From the IMG/VR virus record IMGVR_UViG_2795385681_000001, positions 1 to 64,000 of that record: a DNA stretch of 64,000 nt; one strand, given 5' to 3'. The DNA is from a virus (taxonomy: Duplodnaviria > Heunggongvirae > Uroviricota > Caudoviricetes). The notes under the pieces are model-generated. The model saw only the letters and a list, made by a program, of their open reading frames with translations, had not been told where the DNA came from and ran no database searches. The position numbers were made by a program, and so were the translations under genes. Each line of letters begins with the position of its first letter. Position 1 is the first letter of the stretch. Positions 25,338-34,583 of this stretch are shown here, piece by piece.

Positions 25338-25519
25338 GCGCCAATGCTCCTTGCCAACTCGTTCAGAAAATCGTTTGCCTGGTCGTGAATGTCTCGCAGC
25401 ACCGACTCGTCAACCTCAATGAGTTCGTCACGCTCGTACACGGAGCTGAACTCGATTCCGTCTTCCAGGTGCTCGATTGCGATCTGGCGCGCGACTTCGG
25501 TGATCGCTTCTGGGGTCAC
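25334..25519 (-). CDS. hypothetical acidic protein (61 aa)
   Basis: Listed ORF. Confidence 0.4.
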   Translation of the reverse strand: MTPEAITEVARQIAIEHLEDGIEFSSVYERDELIEVDESVLRDIHDQANDFLNELARSIGA

Positions 25520-25920
25520 TTCTTCACCCAGACCTTGATCGTCTTCTCACGCGCCACAACCTCATCAGTCGGGCCGTCATAGTCCCCGCCATGGAACGAG
25601 GCATAGTAGCCATTGCGACGGAAGAAGCGCTCGCCATCGGCGTTGGTGACCTTGAAGACGAACCAGTACTGATCGCCCTGGCCTTCACCGCCGAAGTCAT
25701 CCACCAGGACCGCCTGACCAATGCCAGGGATCTCCGCGCCGGGAACCTCAAGCAGGTCTCGGATGATCAGGCCCTCCGCGTCGCGCACGTAGTTGCCATC
25801 CGCGTCACGCCGCACCTCGTGTGTGTGCTCGACTACCTCGCGGAACTCGAGCCAGTTCCCCTCCCAAGTGTTGTCCTCGTTCTCGATCGCGTCTTCGAGC
25901 TCTCCGATGGTGTAACTCAC
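25516..25920 (-). CDS. MSYT-family paralog 1 (134 aa)
   Basis: Shares MSYTIGELEDAIE..W(E/F)GNW..HTHE(V/Y)..FVF.VT(N/D)A.G...FRRNGYYASF..DGPT(D/E)EV with the next gene. Confidence 0.6.
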   Translation of the reverse strand: MSYTIGELEDAIENEDNTWEGNWLEFREVVEHTHEVRRDADGNYVRDAEGLIIRDLLEVPGAEIPGIGQAVLVDDFGGEGQGDQYWFVFKVTNADGERFFRRNGYYASFHGGDYDGPTDEVVAREKTIKVWVKK

Positions 25921-26345
25921 TTGAATGCCTCCCAGACAGATACGAGCTTCTCGACGGAGCGCACTTCCTCGGTGGGGCCATCGAAATTGGAGCCAACAAA
26001 CGATGCGTAATAGCCGTTGCGTCGGAAGTGGCGCACATTGCCAGTAGCGTCAGTGACAGCGAACACGAACCAACGCTCTTCGCCTGATCCCTCACCACCA
26101 CCATGATCTTCAACAAGATGAGCGCGGCCAAGACCTGGGATCTCGACGCCCGGTTCGGCCTTCGGAAGGTACTTTTCGAATGTCTTCCCGCCATCAAAGC
26201 TGTGGGCACCCTTCGTACCCTCGGGGACCTTCACGTACTCATGCGTGTTTTCAGCGCGATCGTAGAAGCCGTACCAGTTGCCCTCCCACCGCTCCTCGGT
26301 GTCTTCTTCGATCGCAGTGTTGAGTTCATCAACGGTGTAGCTCAT
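25917..26345 (-). CDS. MSYT-family paralog 2 (142 aa)
   Basis: Tandem paralog of 25516..25920. Confidence 0.6.
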   Translation of the reverse strand: MSYTVDELNTAIEEDTEERWEGNWYGFYDRAENTHEYVKVPEGTKGAHSFDGGKTFEKYLPKAEPGVEIPGLGRAHLVEDHGGGEGSGEERWFVFAVTDATGNVRHFRRNGYYASFVGSNFDGPTEEVRSVEKLVSVWEAFK

Positions 26346-26674
26346 CAGATTGCCCTCCAGTCGGTCTTCTTTACTGCAGCTGCCTCAACTTCGAATGTCT
26401 CTCCACCCCAGTGGATTCCGTCGTAGGAGGTGGCATAACCCTTGTGCTTGAAGTGGCGCTTACCCGCGAAGCTATTCACCTCGAAGACGAAGTACACCTG
26501 CGTGTGCTCACCCTCTTCCTTCTCGGGCGTGTGCGCTTCCACGAGAGTGGCGATGCCGATGCCAGGCAGGCCAACAGAAGCACCCATCTGCAGGAGGTTG
26601 TAGAGACCTTCCCAGGCAACTCCCGGGGCTACGAACGTGGTAGCAAGGTCGGTGATGTCATCAACGGTGTAGCT
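26345..26674 (-). CDS. MSYT-family paralog 3 (about 109 aa, diverged)
   Basis: Internal start MSYTVDDITD of ORF 26345..26827; conserved FVFEV..HFKHKGYATSYDG. Confidence 0.5.
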   Translation of the reverse strand, partial: SYTVDDITDLATTFVAPGVAWEGLYNLLQMGASVGLPGIGIATLVEAHTPEKEEGEHTQVYFVFEVNSFAGKRHFKHKGYATSYDGIHWGGETFEVEAAAVKKTDWRAI

Positions 26675-27477
26675 CATGCGGTTTCCAATCGCTTCAGAAA
26701 ATGGCTGTTGTCCTTGTGCCACTGCACGTAGTTGAGGTCCGGCGCGCGGAACTCGTCGAAGTGGCTCACGATGAACTGAGCGCTCTTCCCCTTCGTCAGG
26801 GAAGTGATGGTGCGGCGCAGGGCCCACTGGTATGCCGCCCCGGGTGAGTACTTGTAGTCATTGGGGATCACCAACCGCTCCAGCGCCGTCACGTAGATCT
26901 CCTCGCGGAACATCTGCACGATCCGCTCGTGTGGCATAGCCCAGACCTTCGCCATGTCCATCTGGACCGACTTACCATCCTTCAGGCACTCGTCGTAGAT
27001 GGGCTTCCCGGGCGTGTAGGCCACTGAGTGGTGGATGGAGTCATGGTCGTAGATGCGCTTCACCGCATCAGTGAAGAACTCGTCCGACTCCTGGGTGAGA
27101 TCCACCTGCTTCTTGCCGTGGAGGTCTTCCCAAACCTTGTAGAGCACGTCATGCCATTCGGGAATGAGCTTGGCTCCCCTGCGCTTGAGATCCAGCAGGT
27201 CAGTCATGTGCTTACCCCAGGAGCTGTTCTTCAGCTCCCAATAGGCGTGCGAGTGCTTGATCGTGTACAGCTCATCTGGTGTCGCCACACCACCCGTATG
27301 GATGGGATCACGCAGGCGTTCATCCCAGAAGAAGTCACCCTTCAGATCGCAGTCGGTGATCATGGAGACGTCGATCTGCTCCCGATCAGTGAACGCATCC
27401 ACATCCTTGGGTTCCCGCCAGTCGGTAAACCAATGCTTCGCCGCGACAGAACCAATGACGAGGGTGGTCAAATCCAT
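26674..27477 (-). CDS. hypothetical protein (267 aa)
   Basis: Start MDLTTLVIG, whose ATG overlaps the TGA of the upstream gene; ORF 26674..27594 trimmed. Confidence 0.55.
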   Translation of the reverse strand: MDLTTLVIGSVAAKHWFTDWREPKDVDAFTDREQIDVSMITDCDLKGDFFWDERLRDPIHTGGVATPDELYTIKHSHAYWELKNSSWGKHMTDLLDLKRRGAKLIPEWHDVLYKVWEDLHGKKQVDLTQESDEFFTDAVKRIYDHDSIHHSVAYTPGKPIYDECLKDGKSVQMDMAKVWAMPHERIVQMFREEIYVTALERLVIPNDYKYSPGAAYQWALRRTITSLTKGKSAQFIVSHFDEFRAPDLNYVQWHKDNSHFLKRLETA

Positions 27478-27689
27478 GCCTTCTGTCGGCGGATGCGGTG
27501 GATGCGACGGCGTACACGGGAGCGCTTCGGGTTGTACTCGCCACGTCCCATAGCGAGGCGGCGCTTCAGCGCGCGGCCCGGGATACGAGACCAACGCTCA
27601 GGCGCATCTTCCGAATCTGCGGGAACCATCGGGTTGTCATCGGCCACATGCACGTGATCTTCATGAGCTTCGGTCATTTCTCTCCACAT
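27468..27689 (-). CDS. hypothetical basic protein (73 aa)
   Basis: Arg-rich C-terminus; coupled downstream. Confidence 0.4.
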   Translation of the reverse strand: MWREMTEAHEDHVHVADDNPMVPADSEDAPERWSRIPGRALKRRLAMGRGEYNPKRSRVRRRIHRIRRQKAWI

Positions 27690-28144
27690 CCGTTGCGTTC
27701 TATGAACTTTCGCCAGTGTTTCCAGCCGTTTGGGCAGTGGAATCCCCAGGACCGCACCTTCGGTCCCGTCAGAATCAGGGTGGTGGCTGGGATATCGAAG
27801 CTGGGCCCCGCGTCATTCGGATCCCACGGGTCTACAAAAGCTCCAGTCTCGAGCTCCACGCGATGGGCCGTGGTGGCTCGACGAAACGCAACACTGGGAG
27901 CCTTGCGCAGGTTCCGTGAGCCATCAGCTCGATGCTCCCAATATCTGCCCTTCAGCAGGATCGAGACGAACCACCAGGGGTGGTCATGAAGCGCGCGGTC
28001 ATCATCCGAACCAAGGAACTTGTGAAGGTAGATGTTGAATCGCTTGTTGCGCGGGATCACGTGCCACCGCAACAGGTATGGAGTTCCATCCTGTCGATTC
28101 AACGTGACATCGGGAGGTCGACTCATCGGTTGAGTCCTGCCCAC
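27674..28144 (-). CDS. hypothetical protein (156 aa) with HDHPWWF motif
   Basis: YLLRWHVIPRNKRFNIYLHKFLGSDDDRALHDHPWWF conserved-looking core. Confidence 0.5.
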   Translation of the reverse strand: MGRTQPMSRPPDVTLNRQDGTPYLLRWHVIPRNKRFNIYLHKFLGSDDDRALHDHPWWFVSILLKGRYWEHRADGSRNLRKAPSVAFRRATTAHRVELETGAFVDPWDPNDAGPSFDIPATTLILTGPKVRSWGFHCPNGWKHWRKFIERNGCGEK

Positions 28145-28371
28145 CGCTCGATCGCACGTTCAATCGATGCGTATCCAGATCGGACGGCGATGCCGTAGAC
28201 CTCACCAAGTGCGAAGTACGCGTCGCCAACCTGCTTGTTCAGCTCTGCGACCTGAAGCTTCTGTGTCGCAATGGTTTCCGAGAGCGCCTGAATGCTGCCA
28301 TTCAGTGTTGCTGTTGCGCCCCAGTCATTTCCATCCATAAATAGAATGGTATCGACGGGGTCGGGGTTCAT
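28123..28371 (-). CDS. hypothetical protein (82 aa); ATG inside the 14-bp repeat
   Basis: Start MNPDPVD encoded by CCCACATGAACCCC. Confidence 0.45.
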   Translation of the reverse strand: MNPDPVDTILFMDGNDWGATATLNGSIQALSETIATQKLQVAELNKQVGDAYFALGEVYGIAVRSGYASIERAIERWAGLNR

Positions 28372-28378
28372 GTGGGTG
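28365..28378 (+). promoter_or_regulatory. 14-bp repeat GGTTCATGTGGGTG
   Basis: 13/14 match; contains the start codon of 28123..28371 on the opposite strand. Confidence 0.55.
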
Positions 28379-28507
28379 AGAAAAAGTAGAGCCCCGGTCG
28401 GCGGCGCGTGAGAGGGCGTCTAGATACATCGACCGGGGCGACTACTGGAGCGTAGCTCTACAGCAGCTACTTATATTATATAGCGATGGTGAGCGAGACC
28501 GGGTTTG

Positions 28508-29152
28508 CTAGATACCCAACTCGCGGCACACCAAACTGAACAACTGGCTAAAGAAGTTCGATGACTTCCCAATGCGTGCAGCCAGATCCGTAGTAGGAGT
28601 GGATGGATTTGCAATGACTGCATCCACCACGTCCAAGCATGCCTGACGGCCCTGGTGACCCACGCGACGGTGGAACACAGCGAACTCAGGCTGAGAGGAC
28701 AGCATCTCGTGAGCCAACCGCGCTTTGACCAGGCGATTGCGGTAGCGGGTATCCACACCGTTGTGCTCATGGAGAGCCTCACCCGGTAGTGGCTCTACCG
28801 GGTGATAGGTGATCTTCTTGATCGCGGGCCACTCGGGGCGCAACGCAGCGCGCTCAGCAGGGGTGGTTCCACCCCAGATGCCGAACTCCTCGCCATTCTC
28901 CAGGGCCCAGGTACGGCACTTATCCCTCACGGGGCAGCGTGAGCACGTGGCCTTTGCGCGTTGTTCGGCATAGGCCACCATTTCTGTAGCCAGATCCTGC
29001 GGAACTCCATCCTCCACGAGGTCTTCCACGGTCTGGAAGTGGGACTCAGTATCAGATGGATCGCACACAGCTTTGCTGCGCCAATCAAGATCCAGGTCGC
29101 TAGCCGGTGATGGGTGGTCGATAATAGCGGTCATTTGGTTGTATCCCTTCAA
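28508..29152 (-). CDS. whiB: WhiB-family transcriptional regulator with a C-terminal extension
   Basis: AVCDPSDTESHF..ATCSRCPVRDKCRTWALENGEEFGIWGGTTPAER: four Cys and the GIWGG turn. Confidence 0.7.
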   Translation of the reverse strand: MKGYNQMTAIIDHPSPASDLDLDWRSKAVCDPSDTESHFQTVEDLVEDGVPQDLATEMVAYAEQRAKATCSRCPVRDKCRTWALENGEEFGIWGGTTPAERAALRPEWPAIKKITYHPVEPLPGEALHEHNGVDTRYRNRLVKARLAHEMLSSQPEFAVFHRRVGHQGRQACLDVVDAVIANPSTPTTDLAARIGKSSNFFSQLFSLVCRELGI

Positions 29153-29629
29153 TCAATCCCGGTCGTGTACCGGAATTTTTGTTGCAAGTGCGACAAGTTC
29201 GGCGAGAGTACAGCTAACCCACTGCTTCATGGGATCGGTTGTGCCCTTGCGCTTGTGAACGAAGAACCCGGCAAGAGCGCCCGCGTTCTTGGCCTCCACT
29301 TTAGCCTCCCCGACCCCTTCGGGAAGGCTTAATGTAGTTACGTCCTTAGTTTCGATAACGATGTCTTGGCCACCGATTCGGAAGTTGACAACGTCACCCT
29401 TGTCGACACTCCCCCAGCTTGGTGCAACTTGAATGTTGGGATCCTGCAATGCCTCTCGCAGACCATCAACAATAAGGCGATTGAACTTCGCCCCTGCGGC
29501 TTTCGCCGAACTTCGGTTCCTACTCAACGACCCGCTACCTTTACGTTCGAACCTTCTCACGCGACAGACCGTCAACCTCCCCGGTTGGCTGTCCGTCGTT
29601 GGAATCACCATACCGAGAGGGTATGACAT
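29153..29629 (-). CDS. PD-(D/E)XK nuclease-like protein
   Basis: GDVVNF...DIVIETK (D..ExK) motif; start MSYPLG 4 nt downstream of a 14-bp repeat copy. Confidence 0.4.
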   Translation of the reverse strand: MSYPLGMVIPTTDSQPGRLTVCRVRRFERKGSGSLSRNRSSAKAAGAKFNRLIVDGLREALQDPNIQVAPSWGSVDKGDVVNFRIGGQDIVIETKDVTTLSLPEGVGEAKVEAKNAGALAGFFVHKRKGTTDPMKQWVSCTLAELVALATKIPVHDRD

Positions 29630-29633
29630 GCGG

Positions 29634-29646
29634 TACCCACATGAAC
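29634..29646 (-). promoter_or_regulatory. 14-bp repeat (minus sense GTTCATGTGGGTA) directly upstream of an ATG
   Basis: + strand TACCCACATGAAC; 4 nt before the ATG of 29153..29629. Confidence 0.55.
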
Positions 29647-29775
29647 TGCAAACGATCCCCCACCTCCCCATTAGCTTCCTCCCAGCTCCCTGTCAGGAGA
29701 CTGTAACCCCGGTCACATGGGGTAAAAATCTGGGGATTGTTGATTACCAAACAACTACTGGGTGAGGTTTGCCGT

Positions 29776-30099
29776 CTACCGGATGAAATCGGGCCGGACG
29801 GCCTCTTCAGCGGGGATGCGGCTGGCCATGCCTGAATAGAACGACGCGCGGCGAGCCTTCGCGTTCTTCGTCTTGCCAGGCATCTCAGGGATCCATTCCC
29901 CAGCCACCCAGACCGTAGCCTCTTGTCGGTCAACGCAATTGGCCTTCAGGCACTCGGGCCGCACCGGGCACTGCGCGCAAATTGCTTTGACCTCAGCAGT
30001 GTCTTTCGGTCCAAGTTCGTTGGGATCCATAATGAACCGGATATCCCCACCGCACTGGGCGTACTGGTACCACTCCTGGCTTGAGTTCCAGAGCTTCAT
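29776..30099 (-). CDS. whiB: WhiB-family transcriptional regulator
   Basis: C..C..AICAQCPVRPECL plus the W/G-rich turn. Confidence 0.7.
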   Translation of the reverse strand: MKLWNSSQEWYQYAQCGGDIRFIMDPNELGPKDTAEVKAICAQCPVRPECLKANCVDRQEATVWVAGEWIPEMPGKTKNAKARRASFYSGMASRIPAEEAVRPDFIR

Positions 30100-31391
30100 G
30101 CCGCAAACCGCATCTGGTCGAAACGCTCGGCGAGGATCACGACATCCTCAGGGCCCTGTCGGTTCTTCACGAAGCACGCATTCATCAGTGGGACGCTCTG
30201 GTCCTCACCATCACCGTTAGAGGCAGGTGGCCGCGCGAGGATCACCGCGACGTCAGCGGTCTGTTCAATACCCCCAGATTCACGGAAGTCTGACTTGTTC
30301 GGCATGCGCGGCTTTCCGTTCGTCTGTTCAAGGCTCCTATTGAGCTGTGCTGCAACAAGAACCGCGCAATCCAGGCGGCGAGCGATACTACGCGCCATGG
30401 TTGCGATGTAGTCGACCTCAAGCACACGCGAGTCAAACCGCTTGGCCGACTTGACAAGCTGCAAGTAGTCAATGAACACGAAGTCCAGGCCGTAGCGCTG
30501 CTTGTGTACGCGGCAGCGCTGGGCGATCTCCTCAATAGTGAGGTCTGGCTCATCATCAATCGTGAACCGGATCTCCGCGTTGTCCGCTGCCCAGCGGCTG
30601 ATCTTCTCCTGCTGAGATGGGTCCATCTTGCGCCGGAAGATTGGGGTGTATGCGGTTTCAGTGCCGCACGCAGCGAGTCGACCCATCAGGTCGTCCTTCG
30701 AGAGCTCCAGTGAGAACACGAGCGTCTCAAAGCCCTGCTTGGCAACGTGCCACGACACCTGCGTTCCAAAGATCGTCTTGCCACATCCAGGGCGTGCGCC
30801 GGTCACATACAGGCGCTGGCTCTGATATCCCCCGCCAAGCTGCTCATTGACGTTGCGCCACGGAGTGGGTAGGAAGGGCCGATCGTCTTCCTGTGCCGTC
30901 GACCACTGGTCGTACAGGTCTCGGAAGCCGAGAGAATAGACCTCCTGCATGTCATCGAGCTGGTCCAGGAATGAGCGCGCGGCCTCAAGCGCCTCAGGGA
31001 TCTCTCCCGGGTCGTCGTGAAGCTGCTGAAACCTCTGACCGAGGCTGTTGACGGTGCGGAGCTTCCACTGCTCGGTGACGATCCGCGCGTAGTACCCCAC
31101 GTTCCCAGGAACATTGCAGTGCTCCATGCAGGTTTGCAGGTAGGGGGCACCGCCAGACTGACGGAGTTCCTTATTGCGGCGCAGTCGGTCAAACACCGTC
31201 ATGGCGTCGATTGGCACGGCCTCCGCATACATCCCCTGGATGCACGTGAAGAGGAGCTCGTTGGTGGGGTGGTAGAAGTAGTCTGCCCTCAGGCCCTCCA
31301 GTTTGGAGAACACATCAGGGTTCAGGAGAAGGGCACCAATTACGCCTTGCTCGGCTCGGAGGTCGTGGGCTGGCTCTCGGTCTCCTGACAC
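30096..31391 (-). CDS. dnaB: DnaB-like replicative helicase
   Basis: N-terminal DnaB domain; Walker A GARPGCGKT; FIDYLQLV; arginine finger region. Confidence 0.9.
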   Translation of the reverse strand: MSGDREPAHDLRAEQGVIGALLLNPDVFSKLEGLRADYFYHPTNELLFTCIQGMYAEAVPIDAMTVFDRLRRNKELRQSGGAPYLQTCMEHCNVPGNVGYYARIVTEQWKLRTVNSLGQRFQQLHDDPGEIPEALEAARSFLDQLDDMQEVYSLGFRDLYDQWSTAQEDDRPFLPTPWRNVNEQLGGGYQSQRLYVTGARPGCGKTIFGTQVSWHVAKQGFETLVFSLELSKDDLMGRLAACGTETAYTPIFRRKMDPSQQEKISRWAADNAEIRFTIDDEPDLTIEEIAQRCRVHKQRYGLDFVFIDYLQLVKSAKRFDSRVLEVDYIATMARSIARRLDCAVLVAAQLNRSLEQTNGKPRMPNKSDFRESGGIEQTADVAVILARPPASNGDGEDQSVPLMNACFVKNRQGPEDVVILAERFDQMRFAA

Positions 31392-31861
31392 TCGACCTTC
31401 TCTCTATAAACTTTGGTGATCCATGCCCGCGATTCCTCCCTGTGCCAGAAGCGAATAGCCTCAGGGTTGGTCATCTCATCAGGCGGATACAGCTTGGGCA
31501 TCTTGATACCGAATCGGTCCTCAACTGCCTTGACGTTTGCGCTTTTCCATTGCTGCTTCAGCCAATTTCGCTGTGCCGCTCGCTCATCGGCGAACAGGTC
31601 GACATCGTCGTACCGGCCCTGCTTGAGCCAGGAATGCGCCGAGGGGACATACGTCAGATCGTTTGGATCGCATGTCATTGCGAAGTTCTGCGCTGACGTA
31701 ATCAGCTTGGCCGGATCTTGCCCCTTATTCTCAACGAGGTCAGCGAAAACACGCTCGGCCTCACTGATGGCAATGTGTTTGGGATACGCATCCCAGAACT
31801 GCCTGAAGGACCGAGCGTGTTTCTTACGCGCCTCGCCGGGGGTGAGCTTCTCGCTCACCAA
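31340..31861 (-). CDS. hypothetical protein (173 aa), possible replication accessory protein
   Basis: Overlaps the dnaB start by about 50 nt; no motif recognised. Confidence 0.5.
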   Translation of the reverse strand: MVSEKLTPGEARKKHARSFRQFWDAYPKHIAISEAERVFADLVENKGQDPAKLITSAQNFAMTCDPNDLTYVPSAHSWLKQGRYDDVDLFADERAAQRNWLKQQWKSANVKAVEDRFGIKMPKLYPPDEMTNPEAIRFWHREESRAWITKVYREKVECQETESQPTTSEPSKA

Positions 31862-32289
31862 TCCGGTTCATCGTTGTTGGCGTCGCCGCCCCATGCATCT
31901 TCAGCGGGCTTCTGACGTGCACCGCCACCGGCCTTCTGTGGTGCAGCGGTTGCGAATCGCAGATCAGGGCCGAAGGAGTCGAACTCCACCTCCAGGACGC
32001 GACGCTTCTCACCTGCATTCGTCTCGAACTCGCGCTGCTTGATCTGGCCGTGGCCGATGACTCGGTCTCCGCGAGAGAGACTCTCAGCGATGTTCTCCGC
32101 GAACTTGTCCCACACGTTGCCGTTCAGGAAGGTGGTGTCGCCGTCGACCCAGTTGCCAGCCGGATCCTTCTTGCGGGTGTTCGTTGCGACCGACACACTC
32201 ACGACAGCCTTACCGCTGCCGGTGAAGCGCAGTTCAGGATCGCGGGTGAGGGTTCCGACAACGGTCACGTCAGGAAGGGTGATACTCAT
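31855..32289 (-). CDS. ssb: single-stranded DNA-binding protein
   Basis: OB-fold N-terminus (VGTLTRDPELRFTGSGKAVVSVSVA), Gly-rich linker, acidic tail DEPDW. Confidence 0.8.
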   Translation of the reverse strand: MSITLPDVTVVGTLTRDPELRFTGSGKAVVSVSVATNTRKKDPAGNWVDGDTTFLNGNVWDKFAENIAESLSRGDRVIGHGQIKQREFETNAGEKRRVLEVEFDSFGPDLRFATAAPQKAGGGARQKPAEDAWGGDANNDEPDW

Positions 32290-32310
32290 AAGCTCTCGAT
32301 TCGTTCGGGA

Positions 32311-32757
32311 TCAGTTGTCGGACCATGGGTCTCGTAGATCAACGTCTCTATGATATTCGCCCCCTAGTAGGTTCATGTGGGTGAACTTTCCCAGGTGGTG
32401 CTGGTAGATCGGAATGGAACTTGGTTCTTCCCAAGGCCTTACGTGATACCCCTCAGAGTGTGCCGCGTTGGGGTTGTGTTCGATCCAACCGTGGCAACCG
32501 ACAGTTCCGTGGCCGCAGACGTGGACGATGTTGTCGAGGCTCCAGAGGCCGCCCTGAGACCTCTTCTTGCGGTGGTGCATGGACAACCCACCTCCGATGC
32601 CGCAACGCTCACACAGCCCACCTGAGCGTCGAGGGATCTCAATCCGGCAGAGCCTCTCCGTCACAACAAAGACGAGTTGAACGCAAGCATGGCTTCCACT
32701 AGCTTGCGTCGAAAGTTCTCCAGGGAGATGAACAGCGGGAATTGATAAACCCCACAC
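32311..32757 (-). CDS. HNH endonuclease
   Basis: CERCG..HHRKKRSQGG..NIVHVCGHGTVGCHGWIEH. Confidence 0.65.
   Translation of the reverse strand: MWGLSIPAVHLPGELSTQASGSHACVQLVFVVTERLCRIEIPRRSGGLCERCGIGGGLSMHHRKKRSQGGLWSLDNIVHVCGHGTVGCHGWIEHNPNAAHSEGYHVRPWEEPSSIPIYQHHLGKFTHMNLLGGEYHRDVDLRDPWSDN
32370..32383 (+). promoter_or_regulatory. 14-bp repeat GGTTCATGTGGGTG inside the 3' end of the HNH gene
   Basis: 13/14 match; minus sense encodes MNLL.. in the HNH frame. Confidence 0.45.
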
Positions 32758-32789
32758 CAGTCCCGCAGCTCAGCGTGTAGTGCGTCGAA

Positions 32790-32970
32790 GTCAGCCATTG
32801 CGCTTGCCCCTCTTGAACTCTTCGGCCTTGCGACGTTCCAGCATGCCGCGTAGTACCTTCGGGAACGACATGGTCTTGCCGCTCTGTATATCGCCGTTGA
32901 TGTCCTTGTAAGGACGCTGGTCGGGCAGCCTGTTCGGCATGCCAGGTGCGTGAAAATGTGATGGGCGCAT
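32790..32970 (-). CDS. small basic protein (59 aa, below the ORF-track cutoff)
   Basis: ATG overlaps the upstream stop (TGATG); protein MRPSHFHAPGMPNRLPDQRPYKDINGDIQSGKTMSFPKVLRGMLERRKAEEFKRGKRNG. Confidence 0.3.
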
Positions 32971-33275
32971 CAGGATCCAAGTCCCTTCATTTCGACATTG
33001 AGCCCAGAGAGCGAGCTGTACAGGGTCCAGCGCTCAGGGAAGTTGAATCCGCGCGCCTCGAACCAGTCGCGATCCCATTCGGGTGTCTCTGTGGCCCAGA
33101 TGAATTCACCCGTAGATAGTTCGACTACCGATGATTTAACGGTCTTCTCGTCAGGGTGTGCGACGAGGTAGTCACCCAGGTAGTAGCAGAACCACGCACC
33201 CGGGGCGAGGTCAGGTTCCTGGAGCTCGCCGAAGATGATGGCCAGCTTCCGCAGCACCCAAGCTAGGGGGTTCAC
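32970..33275 (-). CDS. hypothetical protein (about 101 aa, GTG start)
   Basis: Strong RBS aaggagaa 7 nt before the GTG (V of VNPLAWV); GTGA overlap with the upstream stop. Confidence 0.5.
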   Translation of the reverse strand: MNPLAWVLRKLAIIFGELQEPDLAPGAWFCYYLGDYLVAHPDEKTVKSSVVELSTGEFIWATETPEWDRDWFEARGFNFPERWTLYSSLSGLNVEMKGLGS

Positions 33276-33475
33276 AGAATGTTCTCCTTGAATTCCAGAG
33301 TGAGCCAAAGCCCATCTGGCTCTTGAGTAATTCGAACGGAATGCGCATCACCCCCGGGGATTGTCAGTAGCGCAGCGCCGTGGGTAAGCGTGAGGGCAAC
33401 CTGGTAGTCCGAGCGAGGGTGACTGCGAATAGCTTGTGCGATGCGGCTTTCCAGTCGCACGCGGACGGAGTTCAC
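33272..33475 (-). CDS. hypothetical protein (67 aa)
   Basis: Listed ORF; its 3' end supplies the RBS for the next gene. Confidence 0.45.
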   Translation of the reverse strand: MNSVRVRLESRIAQAIRSHPRSDYQVALTLTHGAALLTIPGGDAHSVRITQEPDGLWLTLEFKENIL

Positions 33476-33924
33476 ATCTCCCCCAGATACTTTGTCTCGA
33501 TGTAGCTTTGGGACTGACTTGGCGCGTCCATGGTGGGAGTCCAGTCGTGGAAGTTCCTCACACAGAAGCGAAGGTTCGTCTCCTCCTCAGGCTTGTCCCA
33601 CCACACAACGTCGTCATCAAGGACGCGGTACTCGACGTAGCCGTTCGCCGCGTCACACCGCAGGATCGTGAACCCGAAGGGAGAGTTGATCGCCGTAATG
33701 CGATCCCTATCCATGAGAACAGGGTCGAGGCCCTTCCCGGCGAGCATGTACTCGTCGGCAGCCAGAATGACTGGTTCGTCGTCGCTATGGCCGACACAGA
33801 AGCGTCCAACCTGGCCATACCCCTCGGCCAGTACAGTGTCGTTGAAGAACTCTTCGCCGGTCTCCGGGTCTTGCCACCCCTCATCGGGCCACTTACCTAC
33901 GAGTCGAAGCACAATTTCACTCAA
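33472..33924 (-). CDS. hypothetical protein (150 aa)
   Basis: Listed ORF; ATGA-coupled. Confidence 0.55.
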   Translation of the reverse strand: MSEIVLRLVGKWPDEGWQDPETGEEFFNDTVLAEGYGQVGRFCVGHSDDEPVILAADEYMLAGKGLDPVLMDRDRITAINSPFGFTILRCDAANGYVEYRVLDDDVVWWDKPEEETNLRFCVRNFHDWTPTMDAPSQSQSYIETKYLGEM

Positions 33925-34231
33925 GGCCCAGCTCCTTCGACCATTCCTCGAAATGCACCGAGGAGTTCTCGTCGCGGAGTGCCTTGCTGTCCAACCACTT
34001 AGCGAGCCCCTCAGCAGACTGAGCGGTGTATCGCCTCACAGCTTCTTCGGAGATTCCTCTGGCCTGTAGCGCCTTTGTGCGGTCATGGTTGTAGGAGGCG
34101 AGCACCACGCGCATGTTCGTGGCCATTCCCGCTGGGTACTCTCCATACTCTTCCAGGTAGTCGAGTACATGCGAGAGGGCCACATACAAGACCTCGCCGT
34201 ATGAGATGGGAATCTGGGCAGCGCTACTCAT
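33917..34231 (-). CDS. hypothetical protein (about 104 aa)
   Basis: Start MSSAAQ chosen to avoid a long overlap. Confidence 0.45.
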   Translation of the reverse strand: MSSAAQIPISYGEVLYVALSHVLDYLEEYGEYPAGMATNMRVVLASYNHDRTKALQARGISEEAVRRYTAQSAEGLAKWLDSKALRDENSSVHFEEWSKELGLE

Positions 34232-34583
34232 CGCGCATCTCGTCCTCAAGGCGATTGAAGAAGTCTCCCTCGGCCTCGTTGTACAGCTCGGTTACGGTCT
34301 CCAGGAAGTTCTTGCCGACCTGCTGCGCGATGGCCTCGCCTGCGGCCACGCCCATGGGTCCATAAGCTGCATGGAGGTACTCAGCGAGCATCTCGTTGTA
34401 TCCGAGAAGCCAGTCCGCGATCTTGTCGCGGTAGCTCTTGGGGATGTTTGTGTGTAGCGCCAGGAAGTTGATGAACGTTCGCGGCGCTTCGGCGATGGCG
34501 AATGGCAGTGAGATCGCGAATGGATCGAACTGCGGGGCCTGCGGGGGCAAATAAATAGGATCTGGGATTGGCTTGCGGGCCAT
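34224..34583 (-). CDS. hypothetical protein (119 aa)
   Basis: Listed ORF. Confidence 0.5.
   Translation of the reverse strand: MARKPIPDPIYLPPQAPQFDPFAISLPFAIAEAPRTFINFLALHTNIPKSYRDKIADWLLGYNEMLAEYLHAAYGPMGVAAGEAIAQQVGKNFLETVTELYNEAEGDFFNRLEDEMRDE

Noticed and set aside
29541-29933. A 130-aa minus ORF bridging 29153..29671 and the WhiB gene
   Set aside because: It overlaps both neighbours, is Arg-rich and in a different frame; the intergenic space is better explained by the 14-bp repeat and a promoter.
32699-32980. A 93-aa Arg/Gln-rich ORF upstream of the HNH gene
   Set aside because: Its composition looks non-coding; the same DNA encodes a better-supported 59-aa overlap-coupled ORF (32790-32970) in another frame.
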